From NCBI GenBank assembly GCA_964609495.1, contig CAZSTA010000028.1, forward strand, positions 1-26,036: a stretch of 26,036 nt of DNA, in the 5' to 3' direction. The DNA is from an uncultured bacterium (GTDB lineage: Bacteria > CAZSTA01). This document shows positions 24,212 to 26,036 of this stretch, in pieces; position 1 is the first letter of the stretch, and every line of letters begins with the position of its first letter. The notes under the pieces were generated by a model, which was not told where the DNA came from, made no database searches, and saw nothing but the letters and a program-made list of their open reading frames with translations. A program made the translations under genes and the position numbers.

Positions 24212-24718
24212 ATGAGACAGATGACCGAGCAAAACCTAAGGGCCGCCTATGCGGGAGAGAGCCAAGCTCATATGAGATATAAGATATTCGCCGCTCAGGC
24301 GGAGAAGGAAGGGAAGTCCAACATCGCCAAGCTCTTTCGAGCTATCTCCTATGCTGAGCAGGTTCATGCTACCAATCACTTCAAAGCATTAGGGGATTTA
24401 GGACAGACTACCGAGAATCTCGACACGGCTATAGGTGGTGAGACCTACGAGGTAAACGAGATGTACCCAGCTTTCGATGCGGTAGCTGAGCTCCAGAGGG
24501 AGAAAGGGGCCAAGAGAAGCATATATTACGCTTTGGAAGCGGAGAAGATCCATGCATCAATGTATCAGGAAGCTAAGCAAGCCGCAGAAGCGGGAAAGGA
24601 TCTCGAGATCGGGGATATATTCATCTGTAGCGTATGCGGATATACTGTAGAGGGAGAGGCTCCTGATACCTGTCCGATATGTGGCGCTAAAAAGGAAATG
24701 TTCAAGAAGTTCAGTTAA
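24212..24718 (+). CDS. rbr: rubrerythrin (N-terminal diiron four-helix bundle plus C-terminal rubredoxin-like CxxC...CxxC domain)
   Basis: ExxH motifs (AEQVHA, EAEKIHA), C-terminal CSVCGYTVEGEAPDTCPICGAKKEMF, 168 aa. Confidence 0.9.
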   Translation: MRQMTEQNLRAAYAGESQAHMRYKIFAAQAEKEGKSNIAKLFRAISYAEQVHATNHFKALGDLGQTTENLDTAIGGETYEVNEMYPAFDAVAELQREKGAKRSIYYALEAEKIHASMYQEAKQAAEAGKDLEIGDIFICSVCGYTVEGEAPDTCPICGAKKEMFKKFS

Positions 24719-24800
24719 TAGATAGTTTATGAACAGGGGACGCCAGGTTACAGACCTCGCGCCTCTGACCTCATCTGATATCCGATCAGTAAAGGATCTA

Positions 24801-25382
24801 ATGATGAAAGTGCTAGGTATCGCGGGTAGTCCTCGTCGCTCAGGCAATACGGAGTTACTATTAGATAGAGCGCTGGAGGGTGCTAGAAGCACGGGGGCGG
24901 AGGTGGAGAAGATCGTTCTCAACCTAATGAAGATAAGAGGATGTCAACATTGTGATGGCTGTCTTAAAACTGGAATGTGTGTTATAAAGGATGATATGCA
25001 AAAGATATATCCGAAACTCAAGGAAGCAGATCATCTCATCTTAGCCTCGCCGGTCTTCTTCATGGGACTTACTTCTCAAGCTAAGGCGATGATCGATCGT
25101 TGCCAATGTCTATGGGTAGCGAAGTATATCCTTAAACTGCCTGAGGCAACCTCGAAAGAACGTAAGCGTAAAGGTCTATTCATATCTGTGGGAGGGATGA
25201 ATCGCCCCAACTTATTCACTGGAAATATAGCTACAGTGAAAGCGATATTCGCTACCTTAAACGTTGCTTACAGAGAAGAGCTGCTCTTCCCCGGCATAGA
25301 TGAGAAGGGAGAGATACTAAATCATCCCCCTGCTCTTCAACAAGCTTATGAAGCTGGAAGAAGATTAGTAGAAGATAGCTAG
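24801..25382 (+). CDS. iron-sulfur flavoprotein (Isf) / NADPH-dependent FMN reductase family
   Basis: Flavodoxin-like fold beginning MMKVLGIAGSPRRSGNT. Compact 4Fe-4S motif CQHCDGCLKTGMC (CX2CX2CX5C), typical of the Isf described in Methanosarcina. The start is placed at 24801 (AAAGGA RBS); the ORF track's upstream extension from 24729 lacks homology. Confidence 0.75.
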   Translation: MMKVLGIAGSPRRSGNTELLLDRALEGARSTGAEVEKIVLNLMKIRGCQHCDGCLKTGMCVIKDDMQKIYPKLKEADHLILASPVFFMGLTSQAKAMIDRCQCLWVAKYILKLPEATSKERKRKGLFISVGGMNRPNLFTGNIATVKAIFATLNVAYREELLFPGIDEKGEILNHPPALQQAYEAGRRLVEDS

Positions 25383-25393
25383 TAAAAGAAGAA

Positions 25394-25427
25394 AGCAAGG
25401 GATAGATTAATCGATCTGGCCCTTGCT
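25394..25427. terminator. bidirectional terminator-like hairpin AGCAAGGG-18nt-CCCTTGCT between the convergent Isf and wHTH genes
   Basis: Perfect 8-bp GC-rich stem, followed by ACTTATTGTG on the plus strand. Confidence 0.45.
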
Positions 25428-25472
25428 ACTTATTGTGTAATCTCCGGAGAGAGGAACTGGAGGAATTAACTT

Positions 25473-25694
25473 TTATTTCTTCAGGGCGAAGCTATATCTT
25501 TTCCCCTTCTTCACCCCTTTTACCTTGAATTCTATTTTACCCTCTTTAGCTAGCCATCCTATCCCCATTAGAACTTCCTCAGTAGATTCAACCTTGTCTT
25601 TCAAGCCTCTTTTCAATCTTGCTAATGAAGATTCCTCATTCTCCTCGAGAAAATGCCATACTTTTCCGGCTACCTCTCCTATTCTTGCAACCAT
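25473..25694 (-). CDS. small winged-helix (DUF2582-like) DNA-binding protein
   Basis: 73 aa, IGEVAGKVWHFLEENEESSLARLKRGL ... GWLAKEGKIEF, which is the typical pattern of the ~70-aa wHTH family. A B-family repeat lies upstream on the same strand. Confidence 0.5.
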   Translation of the reverse strand: MVARIGEVAGKVWHFLEENEESSLARLKRGLKDKVESTEEVLMGIGWLAKEGKIEFKVKGVKKGKRYSFALKK

Positions 25695-25825
25695 CCGAAT
25701 AGATAACCCCCTTTCCTCTCAACTATTTCCAATCCTAAGATCTATCAATCATATTATATCATAACTTCTATTCAAAGTCAATAACTTTTGGATAAAAGCT
25801 AAATATGTGAATATTCATGCTGGGA

Positions 25826-25890
25826 AAGGGTGTAAAGGAAACTTTTTTACCTTGAGTTTTGTTGCCGGCGAAGGTCTCCTTTATTTGAAC
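25826..25890 (-). repeat. B-family repeat, partial copy 3 (reverse orientation), upstream of the minus-strand wHTH gene
   Basis: The reverse complement ...ataaaggagaccttcgccggcaacaaaactcaaggtaaaaaagtttcc aligns with the B2 core ataaaggaaggaaatttttgccggcaataaaactcaagcgaaaagggaac. Confidence 0.45.
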
Positions 25891-25946
25891 AATTCTCCCT
25901 GAAACTTTTTTGAAACTACTTAATGAGATGTAAGCATGTAGAATAT

Positions 25947-26036
25947 CGTGCTAGCAGATTTGGATTTGAATTTCCTTAAATCACCCTCCCCTAGCCCCTC
26001 CCGTCTTGGTTTTTGCTGAATTAATAAGGCTATCAA
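25947..26036 (+). repeat. left end of the A-family element: terminal inverted repeat cgtgctagcagat (25947-25959) plus a partial 5' core (atcaccctcccctagcccctcccgtc). The last 21 nt are identical to window positions 1-21.
   Basis: cgtgctagcagat is the exact reverse complement of atctgctagcacg at 160-172. Joining the window ends through the 21-nt overlap gives a 241-bp element bounded by 13-bp TIRs. Confidence 0.5.

Noticed and set aside
24729-24800. N-terminal extension of the Isf ORF from 24729 (MNRGRQVTDLAPLTSSDIRSVKDL)
   Set aside because: Flavodoxin-fold Isf proteins begin at the MKVLGIAGSPR strand. The ATG at 24801 has an AAAGGA SD. The upstream 72 nt is GC-rich with direct repeats (cagacctc / ctgacctc) and looks like a leader.
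1-26036. Interpretation as a plasmid or phage
   Set aside because: There are no replication initiator, partition, relaxase, integrase, capsid or terminase genes. The content is chromosomal-type (tRNA, mtaB, suf). The circularity is more likely repeat-induced or an excised island.

Overview
The window looks like a bacterial (not archaeal) chromosomal region of roughly 40-45% GC (estimated by eye, not computed). The call rests on strong AGGAGG-type ribosome-binding sites, several perfect TTGACA-17-TATAAT promoters, a tRNA with encoded CCA, and Moorella-like FprA and Bacillus-like MtaB N-termini. The first 21 nt are identical to the last 21 nt, so the source is probably a circularised contig of about 26,015 bp, although no replication or partition genes are present. 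From 5' to 3' the content is as follows. A G/C-hairpin MITE-like repeat and a promoter precede tRNA-Ala(CGC). Next come a Yip1-like membrane protein, an orphan MalK/MsmX-type ABC ATPase, and an overlapping mtaB-tsaA pair whose products both act on t6A37 of tRNA. A 6.4-kb minus-strand operon follows, encoding a signal-peptide M1 aminopeptidase, a small membrane protein, an MFS transporter, a C5-epimerase-like (alpha/alpha)6 protein and a GT4 glycosyltransferase, driven by a perfect consensus promoter. The remaining ~14 kb are a dense O2/ROS-detoxification island typical of strict anaerobes. It contains a 1-Cys peroxiredoxin, a small winged-helix protein, a Dps-like ferritin, a cytochrome b5-like protein, rubredoxin, a flavodiiron protein, two erythrin-like diiron proteins flanking an NAD(P)H:rubredoxin-oxidoreductase-like flavoprotein, a DhnA-type class I aldolase, SufCB, rubrerythrin and an Isf-type iron-sulfur flavoprotein. 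The most interesting part is a family-1 encapsulin nanocompartment operon embedded in this island. The cargo is a 326-aa protein made of two complete bacterioferritin/rubrerythrin-like diiron four-helix bundles, a Glu/Lys-rich linker and a C-terminal ...KLTIGSLLGKEQGE encapsulin targeting peptide. It is preceded by, and translationally coupled to, an internally duplicated 10-12-TM permease carrying two PGCG motifs. Further observations are Fur-family-like (7-1-7) and 7-3-7 palindromic candidate operators at the island promoters, and two non-coding repeat families. The A family is G-quadruplex-capable with 13-bp terminal inverted repeats. The B family is ~160 bp and lies upstream of three unrelated genes. 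A 45-nt remnant of the Isf gene 5' end is duplicated downstream of sufB.
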